In this document: piece after piece, positions 28,891 through 43,676 of the stretch
Position numbering within the stretch: position 1 is the stretch's first letter
Layout: every line of letters starts with the position of its first letter
Origin: Eledone cirrhosa
Taxonomy: Eukaryota
Reading direction: 5' to 3'
Assembly (NCBI GenBank): GCA_964016885.1
Contig: OZ024751.1
Coordinates: forward strand, 46,810,001 to 46,874,000
Length of the DNA: 64,000 nt
Made by a program: the position numbers and the translations under genes
Notes under the pieces: generated by a model
Told to the model about the DNA's origin: nothing
What the model saw: the letters and a program-made list of their open reading frames with translations, nothing else
The model's database searches: none

Positions 28891-29545
28891 ATGTTTTATA
28901 TTTGTTTTTACTGTTGGAACCTCATGTGATAGTCTTCTGGTGGTTTGGTAATGGTCATGTGATGGTCATGTGATGGTCATGTGATGGTCATGTGATGGTC
29001 AGGTAATGGTCAGATGATGTTCTGTACATAGGGACAGACGTCTGATGCTGTTGTTACTAATTTTCCAAACGCCTTGGTTCTTGATCATTGCCACCTCACC
29101 CTCAGATTTTGGGTTCCACCTTACTCATGCAGGAGAATCACCCAGGATTTTGTCTTGTGACACACACACACTCACATATATACATACATACACACACAGA
29201 CACACTCACACACACATACACACACACACACGCACACACACATACACACATACACACATACACACACATGTACATACATAATTACACACACACACACTCG
29301 CTTACATATGTACATACATAATTACACAAACACAAGCACAAACATACACACACATACATACATACAGAGACATACATACACAGACACATACATATACACA
29401 CAAACACACCCATACATATACAGACATATATACAGGTTACACACAGGGACACAGACAGACAGACAGACAGACATAAACATATCCATATAATACCATTAAC
29501 AAACAATTAGTTATTTGACTGGAACAACATATGACATTAGTAATT

Positions 29546-29578
<33 letters not shown>

Positions 29579-29588
29579 GTACACACAG

Positions 29589-29649
<61 letters not shown>

Positions 29650-29701
29650 TATTGTTATATTTGGGTGGGGGTGGGGTCATATCAAAAACCTTGGTAAACA
29701 A

Positions 29702-29804
<103 letters not shown>

Positions 29805-29838
29805 AATGTATATATATATATATATATATATACACACA

Positions 29839-29888
<50 letters not shown>

Positions 29889-29889
29889 G

Positions 29890-29965
<76 letters not shown>

Positions 29966-30385
29966 CCTGTCCTTCTCCTCCCCTTCGCTACTCTATTGTA
30001 ATCCAGCGGCCCCCTTTTTTTATTATGTTCTTCTGTGTGACATGTGAAAATACAGAGAACTGATAATACATACGAGATGGGGCAACATGGCTTCTTGCAG
30101 TCCAGTTGGTCAGTTTCCTACATACCTTGGCCCCTTCTTTCCCACCCCCCATTTATTGTAACTTGGTCATCCATCTTCACTGTCGTATATCTCTTGTTAT
30201 TCTCGTGTTTGGTGTGCTTGTTCTCATTGTTGTTGTTGTTGTTGTTGGTCCTCTATATCTGCATACATGTCAGTGTGTATCTGTGACTGTGTTTGGTGCT
30301 TGTTTATACGTATCTATCTATCTATCTATCTATGTATCTATCTATCTATCTATCTATGTATCTATCTATCTATCTATATATCTAT

Positions 30386-30461
<76 letters not shown>

Positions 30462-30574
30462 ATTTTCATATACCTGTATGTAAACTCCCCATTTGTATTT
30501 GTCCCCTTCTTTTGTGCCCTTGTGGCTAATAAAGAAATTTATCTATCTATCTATCTATCTATCTATATATCTAT

Positions 30575-30622
<48 letters not shown>

Positions 30623-30677
30623 ATATATATATATATCTATATATCTATCTGTCTGTCTGTCTATTTATCTATCGATT

Positions 30678-30727
<50 letters not shown>

Positions 30728-30741
30728 CATACATACATACA

Positions 30742-30934
30742 TAACGAAGGAAGTGTGGTAAGGAACCAGATGGACCGTATCGCATCAGAGTACTCGACAC
30801 TTTGGGTAGTAGAGTGGGTAATAGGAAAAGAGTCAGGACCCCGCCGGCAGAGCTGAAGCCCTTTCGACGGCTATTTCAGAAATAGCCGTCGAAACGGCTT
30901 GAGCTCTGCCGTCGGGGTCCTGACTCTTTTCCTA
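30742..30934 (-). mobile_element. Family A fold-back element
   Basis: Tail then hairpin around GGCTATTTC-A-GAAATAGCC, arm ending at CCTA(TA)n. Confidence 0.87.
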
Positions 30935-31412
30935 TATATACATACATATATATAAAATCTTGAAATTATTCATATGACTATTCTTGGGGTATATTTGGAG
31001 CGCTGATTCCAGATATATCAATATAACTAAATATTTTCTTACCGCGTATGTTCAAAACAGCATTAATCAAAACCGCGTAAGATACGGGCCCAGCGTATAT
31101 GAAAAAAAAAATGATCTGTTCAGGTGAGATTTCTTTATTAACAATACGAATTAGCACCTGTGTTAACTTATTCAGCGCTAACTGATGATATAGTGTATGC
31201 ATACTGCATATGGCCATGAAGGGTTAACAAGAGGTTAACGAGAGGTTAACGAGAAGTTAGCGAGAGGTTAGCGAGAGTTTAGCAAGAGGATACAGTATCG
31301 TATGTCTCATAGGAACTGATCAGATCATCTGTATGCCGCAGACGTCGTTTAGTGTTTGAATTTTAATGTATTCCGGAAATCAATCAATCAACTATTATCC
31401 TCATCCTAATCA

Positions 31413-31446
<34 letters not shown>

Positions 31447-31603
31447 CACTAACATCATCATCACCATCACCTTCGTCCCAATTACCACCGCCACCACTAC
31501 CACCACAACCATCACAACCAATAACAAAGGTAACATCATCATCTTCATCATCTTCATCAACATACTTATCATCATCATCATCATCATCATCAACATACTT
31601 ATC

Positions 31604-31637
<34 letters not shown>

Positions 31638-31890
31638 ACATACTTATCATCATCATCATACTTATCATCATCATCACCATCACTCTTGTCTCCATCAACA
31701 CTGCCGGTTGAAACGAGCCAATGGGTGTTCCTCTAAACAGTCGCTTGACTTGTTAGAAATAGCAGCTAAACTTCCTTATACAATGTAAATAAAGACCCTC
31801 ACAGGACTAATTCTGCTGTGGCTTTAGTTAAGGATTCTTAAATTGAAGGAGACACTTTTTAATAAATTAATATATATATATATATATATA

Positions 31891-32097
31891 TAGGAACAAG
31901 TAAGACCCCGACGGCTGAGCTCAAGCCGTTTCGACGGCTAATTCTGGACTCGAATTAGCCGTCCAGAATTAGCCATCGAAACGGCTTGAGCTCAGCCGTC
32001 GGGGTCCTACTCGTTCCTATTACCCACTCTACTACCCTAAGTATTGAGTACTTTGGTGCGTTATGGTCCACCTGGTTCATTACCACATTTCCTTCGT

Positions 32098-32099
<2 letters not shown>
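31891..32099 (+). mobile_element. Family A fold-back element
   Basis: As above, with a short internal duplication at the turn. Confidence 0.87.
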
Positions 32100-32129
<30 letters not shown>

Positions 32130-32209
32130 ACTTACAAAATTAAGTTCTATTCAAATAGAACTCACAAAATTAAGTTATGAATATGTCACTATCTGTTAAA
32201 CAAATTTTG

Positions 32210-32270
32210 TATTTTATCTGATGAGTGCGCACCAACATTTTGGTACCCTTGAAATATATATAATAAAATA
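32210..32270 (+). ncRNA. Type I hammerhead motif (family B element ~32130-32407)
   Basis: TATTTTAT-CTGATGA-GTGCGCACCAACATTTTGGTACCCTT-GAAA-TATATA-TA-ATAAAATA. Confidence 0.78.
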
Positions 32271-32694
32271 AATATGATTTTATAAAGATAGTTTCCATTT
32301 ATTAATATTTTTGATATTATACTCCAGAAGAAAACTGTTGAGTGCTTCTAATCTGTTATAAACGAAATTTGTTGAATAATCAACAAATTAATGAACTCAT
32401 TGCTTATATACATACATATATATATATATACATATACATATATATATATACATATATATATATATGTATCATTATCATCCGCCTTTCAGGATTCTATCTC
32501 GCGTCCTACGGACGTGTTTTGCGACTCTAAATGAGGTATCCTCTTGATAAGTCGGCAAACCTCACAAAAACACTGCATCTCTGTGATGTAGTGTTTTTGC
32601 ATAATAAGCCACGAAACTACGTAGTCGAGGATTACGACGAAATTTAGGTATGGTATATTTTATTAATTATATCTAGTGTTTCTTCTTTCTTTAT

Positions 32695-32878
32695 AATTGT
32701 TTCTACTTTAGGCACAAGGCCAGCAATTACCCAGTGCATTACTGGTACTTTATTTTATCGACCCCGTAAGGATGAAAGGCAAAGTCAACCTCGGCGGGAT
32801 TTGAACTCAGATCGTAAAGGGACGTAACTATGCTGGAAAGCATGGCGTCCGACCCTCCACCGATACTGCCAATCCACC
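32695..32878 (-). mobile_element. tRNA-derived SINE with Nin/Deu-like core (family 1)
   Basis: Minus strand has A box TGGCAGTATCGG, B box GAGTTCAAATCC and core GCCTTTCATCCTTACGGGGTCGATAAAATAAAGTACCAG. Confidence 0.88.
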
Positions 32879-32911
32879 TTCTTTCTTTATGATGTATTAT
32901 ATATATATATA

Positions 32912-33083
32912 TAACAAAGAAAGTGTGGTAAGGAACCAGGTGGACCATAACGCACCAGAGTACTCGATACTTAGGGTAGTAGAGTAGGTAATGGAAAAAG
33001 AGCCCGATGGCTGAGCTCCGGCTGTTTCAACTAGCTGTCGAAACGGCCGGAGCTCAGCCGTCGGGGTCCTGGCTCTTTTCCTA
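32912..33083 (-). mobile_element. Family A fold-back element (variant)
   Basis: Same tail, hairpin and CCTA(TA)n boundary. Confidence 0.82.
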
Positions 33084-33106
33084 TATAAATATATACATAT
33101 ATACAT

Positions 33107-33294
33107 AATTGTTTCTACTTTAGGCACAAGGCCAGCAATTATCCAGTGCATTACTGGTACTTTATTTTATCGACCCCGTAAGGATGAAAGGCAAAGTCAA
33201 CCTCGGCGGGATTTGAACTCAGATCGTAAAGGGACGTAACTATGCTGGAAAGCATGGCGTCCGACCCTCTACCGATACTGCCAATCCACCGCCC
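33107..33294 (-). mobile_element. Family 1 SINE, full length
   Basis: Near-identical to 32695-32878. Confidence 0.88.
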
Positions 33295-33345
33295 TCCCAT
33301 TATGTATATATACATATATACATAATATATATATATATATATATA

Positions 33346-33733
33346 TACGATATTAAACAAATGGAAACTATATTTATAAAACCATATTTATTTCGTTATA
33401 TATATTTCGGGATATCATATTAAAAATATGGTATGCCTTCCTCAGACAAAATACAATGCATAAGCTGTTTTATAAATAATTAGTGACATACCTTGTAATA
33501 ATGCAACTTCCTTTTAAAAAGTTGATTTGGTAGTATATATATATAGAGGAAGGCATACCATATTTTTAATATGATATCCCGAAATATATATAAGGAAATA
33601 AATATGGTTTTATAAATATAGTTTCCATTTGTTTAATATCGTAAACCTACTCCAGAAACTGTTGAGTGCTTTTATATCAGTTATAAAATATTTACTCGTT
33701 GTAACCCAACAATCTTAAATAAAACTTTTGCAT
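33346..33733 (+). mobile_element. Family B fold-back element; intact hammerhead motif on the minus arm (33390-33453)
   Basis: Arms ~33346-33443 / 33546-33643. Minus strand reads TATTTTGT-CTGAGGA-AGGCATACC..GATATCCC-GAAA-TATATA-TA-ACGAAATA. Tail ACTCCAGAAAC..GAGTGCTT. Confidence 0.82.
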
Positions 33734-34523
33734 ATATATATATATATAGTAATAATAATAAATATGAAGACTAAAATCCAGAGAGGGTTCGATAAGGATA
33801 AATATATATCAAATATATAAGAACCCTAGAGCAAATATTGTATATATATATATATATATATCGGTGTGTGTGTGTGTGTGTAACACGTACATACTACACA
33901 CACGCTCACACACACACACACACACACATATGGGGGAGTCGCCGCAGTTCCCGTATTTAAAAACATAACGATAGACACACGGGTAGTGATGTGAAGTGAG
34001 GCGTCAGGTATCAACTTTCGGGGCACGCGGGGGGACGGGGGGTGGATTTGTGAGGGTAGGTGTGAGGGGGATATGTATGTGTGTGGGGTTGGGGTTGGTG
34101 GGGGGGGGGGGGGCTGTCAGGTTCTGAGAAGCTCCGCACGTGCCATATCAGTTTGAACCTAATAACCGTTCATTTCCTGATAGGGGTTTGGTCATTGTGG
34201 GGATCACACTCTGGGGCACAGAGTCCTTGGTTAATGGGCTCACACTGAATTACTAGCTCGTTTGTCAGTGAAGTGTCAGAGAGAGAGAGAGAGAGCGGGA
34301 GAGAGGAGGGAGAGTGATAGAGGGGGAGAGTGAGGGAGAGAGTGAGGGGGGAGTGATAGCGAGAAAGAGAGAGAGGGGCAATATGTGAGTGGATGATAAA
34401 GAGAAAGAAAGAACCATAGGGGTGTATTGATGGAGGCGTGGGAGCGTGTGTATCTGTGAGTATATGTACGTAAACGTTTATATATACACACACACACATA
34501 TATATATATAAATACACACACAT

Positions 34524-34576
<53 letters not shown>

Positions 34577-34607
34577 AACACACACACATACACACATATA
34601 TATATAT

Positions 34608-34638
<31 letters not shown>

Positions 34639-34651
34639 AACACACACACAT

Positions 34652-34706
<55 letters not shown>

Positions 34707-34719
34707 AACACACACACAT

Positions 34720-34784
<65 letters not shown>

Positions 34785-34823
34785 AACACTCACACACACA
34801 CATATATATATATATACACTTAC

Positions 34824-34854
<31 letters not shown>

Positions 34855-34974
34855 CATAAACATATATATATATATATATATATAAACATATATATATATA
34901 TATATATATATGTATATGTGTATATATAAATATATATATACATATATATATATATATGTATATGCATATATATG

Positions 34975-35025
<51 letters not shown>

Positions 35026-35105
35026 GTATGTTGTATATATATATGAGTCCAGAAATAGCCGTCGAAACGGCTTGAGCTCTGCCGTCGGGGTCTTGAACAT
35101 TTTCC

Positions 35106-35138
<33 letters not shown>

Positions 35139-35287
35139 ACGTGTGTGTGTCTGATGGTAGCTAAGATGCTTCCGTTTACTACTCTCTCTCTATATATATA
35201 TAGGAAAATGTTCAAGACCCCGACGGCAGGGGTATTAGTACATCGTATTTGTAGTGATTGTAAAAATGCTGCAAATATTAGTTTGAC

Positions 35288-35364
<77 letters not shown>

Positions 35365-35495
35365 ATTGTATGTGTCTGTCTGTGTGTATGTTCAAATTTG
35401 TTGACTTTCAATTACCTTGTCTTTTTCTTTCTTTTTCCCTCTCTCTTCATCTATCTCTATCTATGATAATGTGCATACACGAACATATATATACG

Positions 35496-35530
<35 letters not shown>

Positions 35531-35543
35531 GAACATATATACG

Positions 35544-35640
<97 letters not shown>

Positions 35641-35684
35641 TTTCACTGCTCGCAAGTGTTTTTTAAGCTTCATATCATGTCTCC

Positions 35685-35757
35685 GTATTTTATCTGATGA
35701 GAACGCAAATATCATCCCATGATGATATTTGTTTTTGAAATGCGCATAATAAAATAC
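35685..35757 (+). ncRNA. Type I hammerhead ribozyme motif
   Basis: Perfect 9-bp stem I GTATTTTAT/ATAAAATAC, CTGATGA, stem II CAAATATCATC-CCAT-GATGATATTTG, GAAA-TGCGCA-TA. Confidence 0.85.
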
Positions 35758-35803
35758 ATGGAACTCTTTTAACCATCTTTTGATCTTATATTATATATAT
35801 ATG

Positions 35804-35831
<28 letters not shown>

Positions 35832-35834
<3 letters not shown>

Positions 35835-36039
35835 CGAAGGAAATGTGGTAAGGAACCAGGTGGACCATAACGCACCAAAATACTCAATACTTAGGGTAGT
35901 AGAGTGGGTAATAGGAACAAGTAAGACTCCGACGGCTGAGCTCAAGCCGTTTCGACGGCTAATTCTGGACCCATTAATTCTCGTTCAGAATTAGCCGTCG
36001 AAACGGCTTGAGCTCAGCCGTCGGGGTCTTACTTGTTCC

Positions 36040-36041
<2 letters not shown>
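35832..36041 (-). mobile_element. Family A fold-back element
   Basis: Same architecture. Confidence 0.87.
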
Positions 36042-36095
<54 letters not shown>

Positions 36096-36232
36096 TAGAA
36101 GGGATATTTAATTTGTTGGAAATACAACAAATAAATATAAATTTTTATAACTGATTCAGAGCACTCGACAGCTTTCTGGAGTATAATATTCAATGATATT
36201 AAATAAATGAAACTATATTTATAAAACCATAT

Positions 36233-36295
36233 TTATTCAATTATATATATTTCAAGGGTACCAACATTTTGGTACGCTATCATCAGATAAAATAC
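36233..36295 (-). ncRNA. Hammerhead motif (family B element ~36092-36358)
   Basis: Minus strand reads TATTTTAT-CTGATGA-TAGCGTACCAAAATGTTGGTACCCTT-GAAA-TATATA-TA-ATTGAATA. Stem I is imperfect. Confidence 0.7.
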
Positions 36296-36398
36296 AAAAT
36301 GTTTTATAAATATTTGACATGACCAAGCATAATATACCTTAACGGTTCAAGTTATCCCTATATATATATATATATATATATTTATTAAAATAACAGAT

Positions 36399-36468
<70 letters not shown>

Positions 36469-36496
36469 ATATATAAATATATAAATATATAAATAC

Positions 36497-36528
<32 letters not shown>

Positions 36529-36677
36529 ATATATATATTTATATATATATATTTATGTATATATTTATTTATATATTTAAATATATATATATATAAATAT
36601 ATATATACACACACACACATATATATATTTATATATATATATATAAATATATATATACACACACACACACATATATA

Positions 36678-36709
<32 letters not shown>

Positions 36710-36777
36710 ACCTGCGCACACGTCGAGTGCTCCAATCTGCATACTTAGGTGTTGGTATACAACCAACATATACTCAA

Positions 36778-36836
<59 letters not shown>

Positions 36837-37284
36837 GTTACCCATATGGACATATGGATGAAGGTTTGGGTGTCGGAGGGTCGGGCTCGGTGTGGTATGG
36901 AAGATGAGCGCAGTAAACAATACTGCCCCCCCCCCCACGTCCTTGCAGAACCACCGCACCACCCTTCCCCCATCGCCAACACGACCCTTGCCTCTTCTCC
37001 TTCCCAAACCTCATCCTACCTCTCTCTCTCTCTCTCTCCACACACACACACACACACTCTCACTCTCTCTCTCTCTCTGTCTCTTTCCACACAGAGACAC
37101 ACATACACACCTTCTCTCTCTCCACACACACACACTCTCTCTCTCTCTGTCTCCACATACACTCTCTCTTTCTCTCTCTCTCTCTCTCTCCATACACACT
37201 CTCTCCCTGTCTCCACACACACACTCTCTCTCTCTCTCTCTCCACACACACCCTCTCTCTCTGTCTCCACACACACACACTCTT

Positions 37285-37385
<101 letters not shown>

Positions 37386-38475
37386 TCTCTCTCTCTCTCT
37401 TTCTCTCTCGTCCTCCTTTCCATCTCTCTTCCCCACCCCCTCGAGCTCTATATCAACCAGGGTAGTAGGAGAAGGGGATGTGAAGGAGATATAGCCGTCA
37501 GTCATTGGAGCGGAACTTTTGTGGACAAACGTAGCCATTTTGACATGGTTGATTCAATTCTCGTTGTGGTCAGAATCACATAATTAGTTTCTCACAACAA
37601 TGGAACTTCTACAACCCCGCCACCACCATCACCACCACCTCTATCACAACCACCACCACCACCACCACCACCACCACTACCACTAGCACCATCAACACCA
37701 CTATCACAACCACTACCACCATATCACCACCACCACTAGCACTATTACCACCACCACTAACACCCACCACTACCACTATCAGCAACACCACTACTACCAC
37801 CTCCACCACCATCACCACCACCTCTATCACTACCACAACCACCACCACAACCACCACTACCACTAGCACCATCAACACCACTATCACAACCACTACCACC
37901 ATATCACCACCACCACTAGCACTATTACCACCACCACTAACACCCACCACTACCACTATCACCAACACCACTACTACCACCACCACCACTATCACCACCA
38001 CTACTACTATCACCAGCACTACCACTATAACCATCAATACTCCTACGACTATCACCATCAATACTCCTACGACTATCACCACCACTACCACTATCAACGT
38101 GAATACCACTATCACAACCACCACCACTACCACTATCACCACCATATCACCATCAATACTACCACTATTACTATCACCATCAATACCACTATCACTACCA
38201 CTATCACAATATCACGACCACAACTACCACCACTTCCACCACTACTACTATCACCATCAATACCACGACCACTACCACTATCACCACTGCTACCACCTTT
38301 CCCACCACCACCATCAACACCACTATCACCACCACCACCACCATCACCTTCTTCACTGTCTCTCACATTGTTGCGTTGGAAGGAAGAAGGTGATAAGGTT
38401 AGTGGGTAAAGGGGAGGGGGAGGAGGGGATAGATAGAGAACATTGTGTGGGTGGGAGGTAAGGCGACTGTGAAAG

Positions 38476-38582
38476 GGGTTGGTTAGGGTTAGGGTTAGGG
38501 TTAGGGTTAGGGTTAGAGCTGAGGTTAAGATGTAACACGGGTTAGGGTGTCGTTAGTGTAGGGTTAGGGTTAGGGTTAGGGT
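38476..38582 (+). repeat. Short interstitial (TTAGGG)n
   Basis: Two runs of GGTTAG with a degenerate spacer. Confidence 0.8.
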
Positions 38583-38869
38583 GTTGCTAAGGTGGTTTTT
38601 AAATAGTTTGTTGTTGGGTTATCGACGTTTTGGGTCTATATGATTACAGTGAGTGGTTATAACAACAACAAACACAACAACCACTACCACCAACAACAAC
38701 TACCAACCATCAATCACCATTAACCACCTCTACTACCAACCACCTCCACTACCAACCACCTCCACTACCAACGCCATCAACAACTAATACCTCCCTAAAC
38801 AGCAATCACCAACAACCACCACTACCCGCCTCCTACAACAACAACAACAACCACCACTACCCGCCTCCT

Positions 38870-38903
<34 letters not shown>

Positions 38904-39261
38904 CCATGTTTAGAGTCAAACAATTACCGTTACTGTTATTTAAATATGTTACTGTGACAAGTCTTTTGTCACACTCCTGACACCTGCTCACTCAACCATG
39001 ATGTATATCTCTCTCCTCGAAAGATTGCACTATGGATAAAAACTAAATTATAGAGAAGTGAATTTCACAGGTATTATTAATTAATTAGTTAATTACTTAA
39101 TTAACTGTGTGAGCAGATTAATTGATTTAATCAAGAAATTGCTAAAATGATAAATAAACAATCAATATTTCATCATAGATAGTCCAGTATCTATTTTCAG
39201 TCAATCCTTTCCGATCAATATCTTTAGTGTAGTAAACATATATAGGGAATACAGTTAATAT

Positions 39262-40465
39262 CTGTATATATACAGTATATATACAGTATATATACTGTAT
39301 ATATACTGTATATATACTGTATATATACAGTATATATACTGTATATATACTGTATATATACAGTATATATACAGTATATATACAGTATATATACCGTATA
39401 TATACTGTATATATAGAGTATATATATACAGTATATATACAGAAGCTTTAGCATGCGACAGCGGCCACACCCCGGTAAACCGCCTTGGCTGACGGGCCGA
39501 ACCAGGTTGAGGGTAGCCCCCCGGTGAGTTAGATAGGGATGCCTGCCCCTGCATGCGAAGACTGGACCCGGCGGAGTGAGTGGAGGAGGACAACATCGTC
39601 CCAACAGTCACGAAGGCGGCGACAGCAAACTGTGTAGAGTGCTAGGGCACGGCAAGGCACTACAGACGTCGTGGCCATCCACTGCAGCCAAGGAAGTCCC
39701 TGGTCGTGGCGGTCCTCCGTACCACCGGTTCTGCTTTCTGCGGCCGAGTGAGTGAGTGGGACCCTCACTGTGCACTGGCCCACCCACTATAAACCTTTCC
39801 CGCACAGGTTTCCTCTTTAGCGTGCACTCCGAAAGCCCTGCGGTGATGGGCGAGAGGCGGAGGTAACAGGTAGAGGTAACCTCTGAGAGTTGCCAGTCTC
39901 AAACCCACACGAGGCATCAATAGCTGCCCCAAGCGACTCTGGTCTCTTCCCCTGCCCCACTGTCCTCGGACCTGCAAGTCAAGGAGCGGCCTCCACAGCC
40001 ACCTTCGTACCCACGGCAGACAGGAGCTAAAATAAAGAAGATGTCATCATCGTTTACGATGGACAACCAAGAAGAGAGATACAGTATATGTACAGTATAT
40101 ATGCAGTATATATACTGTGTATATATACAGTATATATACTGTGTATATATACAGTATATATACAGTATATATACTGTGTATATACAGTATATATACTGTG
40201 TATATATACAGTATATATACTGTGTATATATACAGTATATATACAGTATATATACTGTGTATATATACAGTATATATACTGTGTATATATACAGTATATA
40301 TACAGTATATATACTGTGTATATATACAGTATATATACTGTTTATATATACAGTATATATGCAGTATATATACTGTGTATATATACAGTATATATACAGT
40401 ATATATACTGTGTATATATGCAGTATATATACTGTGTATGTATACAGTATATATACAGTATACAG
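39262..40465. repeat. Mixed-orientation TATATACAG/CTGTATATA minisatellite interrupted by a GC-rich insert
   Basis: Tracts at 39262-39440 and 40078-40465. Confidence 0.85.
39441..40070 (-). mobile_element. GC-rich interspersed element, possibly RTE-LINE 5' region
   Basis: Abrupt GC-rich block splitting a minisatellite. The RTE assignment is a by-eye resemblance only. Confidence 0.4.
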
Positions 40466-40791
40466 ACAACCGAGGAGTGCAGCAATGTGTATATAAATTT
40501 ATATATTGAATGTCTAGAAATAGAAATATATGTACTGGACCCGCAATGGAATATATGTACAACCGCAATGGAATACGTAACACGGGTAACCGAGGGGATT
40601 AAATATTCTATCACTTATAGCAGCATCACTGGATTTACACAATAAGGTTCGAAAATCATTATTTATTGACCTGGAAAGGAAGAATGGAAAAGTTGACCAC
40701 CTTAATGAAGTTAAATTGATACTTCGTTCCTGCTCCTAATTATATACATACATACGTGAATATATATGCTGTGCTGACTACATATCTGTCT

Positions 40792-40823
<32 letters not shown>

Positions 40824-40900
40824 CTTCCATATACTGTACCGATTGTGCTGTTATTTCTGTTTACCTACATACATATATATATATATATATATACGAATCT

Positions 40901-40951
<51 letters not shown>

Positions 40952-40995
40952 ATATTTGGGGAGGGTCATATTTGCGTAATATTGCCAGAATTAAT

Positions 40996-41038
<43 letters not shown>

Positions 41039-41420
41039 ATATATATATATGTAAGATTCGTGATCAATCAATTCAGTAGCTCATTCTTGCCACACGCAAG
41101 CATTAGTATTGGGTACTCAAACTGGTGAACCATAAGCATAAACTCGTATAAAAGCCTGAAGAAAGGTCACTAATTTGATCTCTCTTGTATTCTGGATGTC
41201 TGGTCAAATTTGAGCCTTGAAATATTAGGTAGCGCTTTTGATCCGTGTCTTTTTGTTCTGTTTTTTCCTTATAATCTATGTAGAGTGTGGAACTTTACTC
41301 CTGTTTTTAACCCTACATACAGAAGCATAATACATAATATAATAAATAAATACATACATACACACATACATACATATATACATAAATATCTATCTATTTC
41401 TCTCTCTCTCTCTCTCTCTC

Positions 41421-41460
<40 letters not shown>

Positions 41461-41466
<6 letters not shown>

Positions 41467-41686
41467 CAGTCGATCGACTTTCGTCAAATCGGACCGAGGA
41501 AACAATGTTTCCTTTGGTCTTTCCAATTGCTAATACTATCTATCGGTCGCAACTCCAGGTAGAAGGAGCAATGTGAAATAAAATGTCTTGCTCAAGGACA
41601 TAACGCATCAACCGGTTCGGGAATCGAACTCACAACCTCACGATTGCGAATCCAATCCTCTAACCACTCAGCCACGCGCCTCCACA
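41461..41686 (-). mobile_element. tRNA-derived SINE (family 2), full length
   Basis: Minus strand has A box TGGCTGAGTGG, B box GAGTTCGATTCC and CORE-like TGTCCTTGAGCAAGACA. Confidence 0.85.
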
Positions 41687-41798
41687 TAAACATATATATA
41701 TATATCTATTTATCGACTATAATATACAGGACTAGAACTGTTTCATTCGAAGGAAGTCATCATTACTGTGGTCACCCCCGATTGAACCCGGGATAAGC

Positions 41799-41864
<66 letters not shown>

Positions 41865-41865
41865 A

Positions 41866-41959
<94 letters not shown>

Positions 41960-42044
41960 TATATTTTGAGAATAAACTCTCAGTCGTTTACAATAATTAA
42001 GCACCAGGAAAAGGGGCTCTTCCGAGCAGTTAAATACATTAAAA

Positions 42045-42422
42045 TATATGATAAACACGAAATGTGTTTATATTGCAACAGACAAAGTTAGCTATTAATG
42101 AAATAAACTAATTAAAGTGAATACAATTTGTCTGTCTCGATATAAGTCAATAAAGACAAGCTTATATTGGCAACGGCCATGATTCCTGGACAGATTCAGA
42201 TTTCAAAATTCAAACCTGTTCTGTAGACGAATTTAAACCTCGAAACCTAAATAAGTTTCGCAACGGTGGAATGTGAATTGAAAAATAAAGCCGTTGCCAA
42301 TATAAGCTTGTCTCTATTGACTTATATCGAGACAGACAAATTGTATTCACTTTAATTAGTTTATTTCATTAATAGCTAACTTTGTCTGTTGCAATATAAA
42401 CACATTTCGTGTTTATCATATA
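42045..42422. repeat. Inverted repeat (~130-bp arms) in (TA)n, fold-back element
   Basis: TATGATAAACACGAAATG...TTGGCAACGGC / GCCGTTGCCAA...CATTTCGTGTTTATCATA, with an unpaired flank at ~41965-42045. Confidence 0.88.
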
Positions 42423-42461
42423 TATATATATATATGCGTGTGTGTGTGTATATATATATGT

Positions 42462-42587
<126 letters not shown>

Positions 42588-43115
42588 ATACGACACCCAT
42601 CAGAAGTCAAAAGCAGATAGTGTTCTCATCAGATATTGAACCCCGAGTCTCCACAGTTGGTTGGTTCCAAACTGAGCAGATAAGATCAAGAAACTGTTTA
42701 CTGGAACTAATGAGGTGAAAGTCCAGCTGGTAAGTCACGTGGCCCTCTCGGAGAAATTGGAGATCTTACGGAAGACCCGGATGTTGAGGGTGGTGGTGGT
42801 GGTGGTGGTGGTGGTGCTTGTTAAAGAGAGGTTGAGATTTGTTGAGTGAGGGGGCTGCAGCAGTGTTTGAAACATTTTATTTTCGGTGAACATATACCCA
42901 CACATACACACACACACACACACATACACGCTCTTACACACACACACACGCAGACACACACCAACAAACTAATGCATACACACACAAAATCTCACTTATA
43001 CATGTACACATATAAACAAACGAGGCGGCGATTTGACAGAATTTATAGAGCGTAAGACAGAATGCCTTGTAAGAGTTTCTACCACAAACACCACGCCACA
43101 CCACACCACACCACG

Positions 43116-43152
<37 letters not shown>

Positions 43153-43244
43153 TTGTGTGTGTGTGTGTATACACACATCTTTATATACATATATATACAT
43201 GCCGTCGAAACGGCAAGAGCTCAGCCGTCGGGCACTAACTCCCT

Positions 43245-43282
<38 letters not shown>

Positions 43283-43288
<6 letters not shown>

Positions 43289-43460
43289 TAACAGATTAAA
43301 GTTTAAGCAAAGAATCGCTGCTTTCATCCTCAACGGGATCTTCTTTAATGTGTTATTTTAATAAATATTTGCTCTAGGGTTCTTATGTATTTGATATATA
43401 TTTAATCCTTATCGAGCCCTCTTTGGATTTTAGTCTTCGCATTTATCATTATTACTATAT
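43283..43460. mobile_element. TA-embedded repeat family C
   Basis: Reverse-complement matches to 27550-27610 and 33748-33840. Confidence 0.7.
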
Positions 43461-43463
43461 ATA

Positions 43464-43640
43464 GGCGGTGGTTTGGCAGTATCGGTAGAGGGTCGGACGT
43501 CATGCTTTCCAGCATAGTTACGTCCCTTTACGATCTGAGTTCAAATCCCGCCGAGGTTGACTTTGCCTTTCATCCTTACGGGGTCGATAAAATAAAGTAC
43601 CAGTAATGAACTGGGGAATTGCTAAAGTAGAAACAATTAT
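43464..43640 (+). mobile_element. Family 1 SINE
   Basis: GGCGGTGGTTTGGCAGTATCGG...GAGTTCAAATCC...Nin-like core. Confidence 0.88.

Positions 43641-43676
<36 letters not shown>

Noticed and set aside
41610-41686. tRNA gene
   Set aside because: The A/B boxes continue into a repeated SINE body, and I could not form a proper acceptor stem or terminator.
42657-42730. Candidate coding exon ending at CTG|GTAAGT
   Set aside because: Stop codons occur in all three frames between the AG and this donor.
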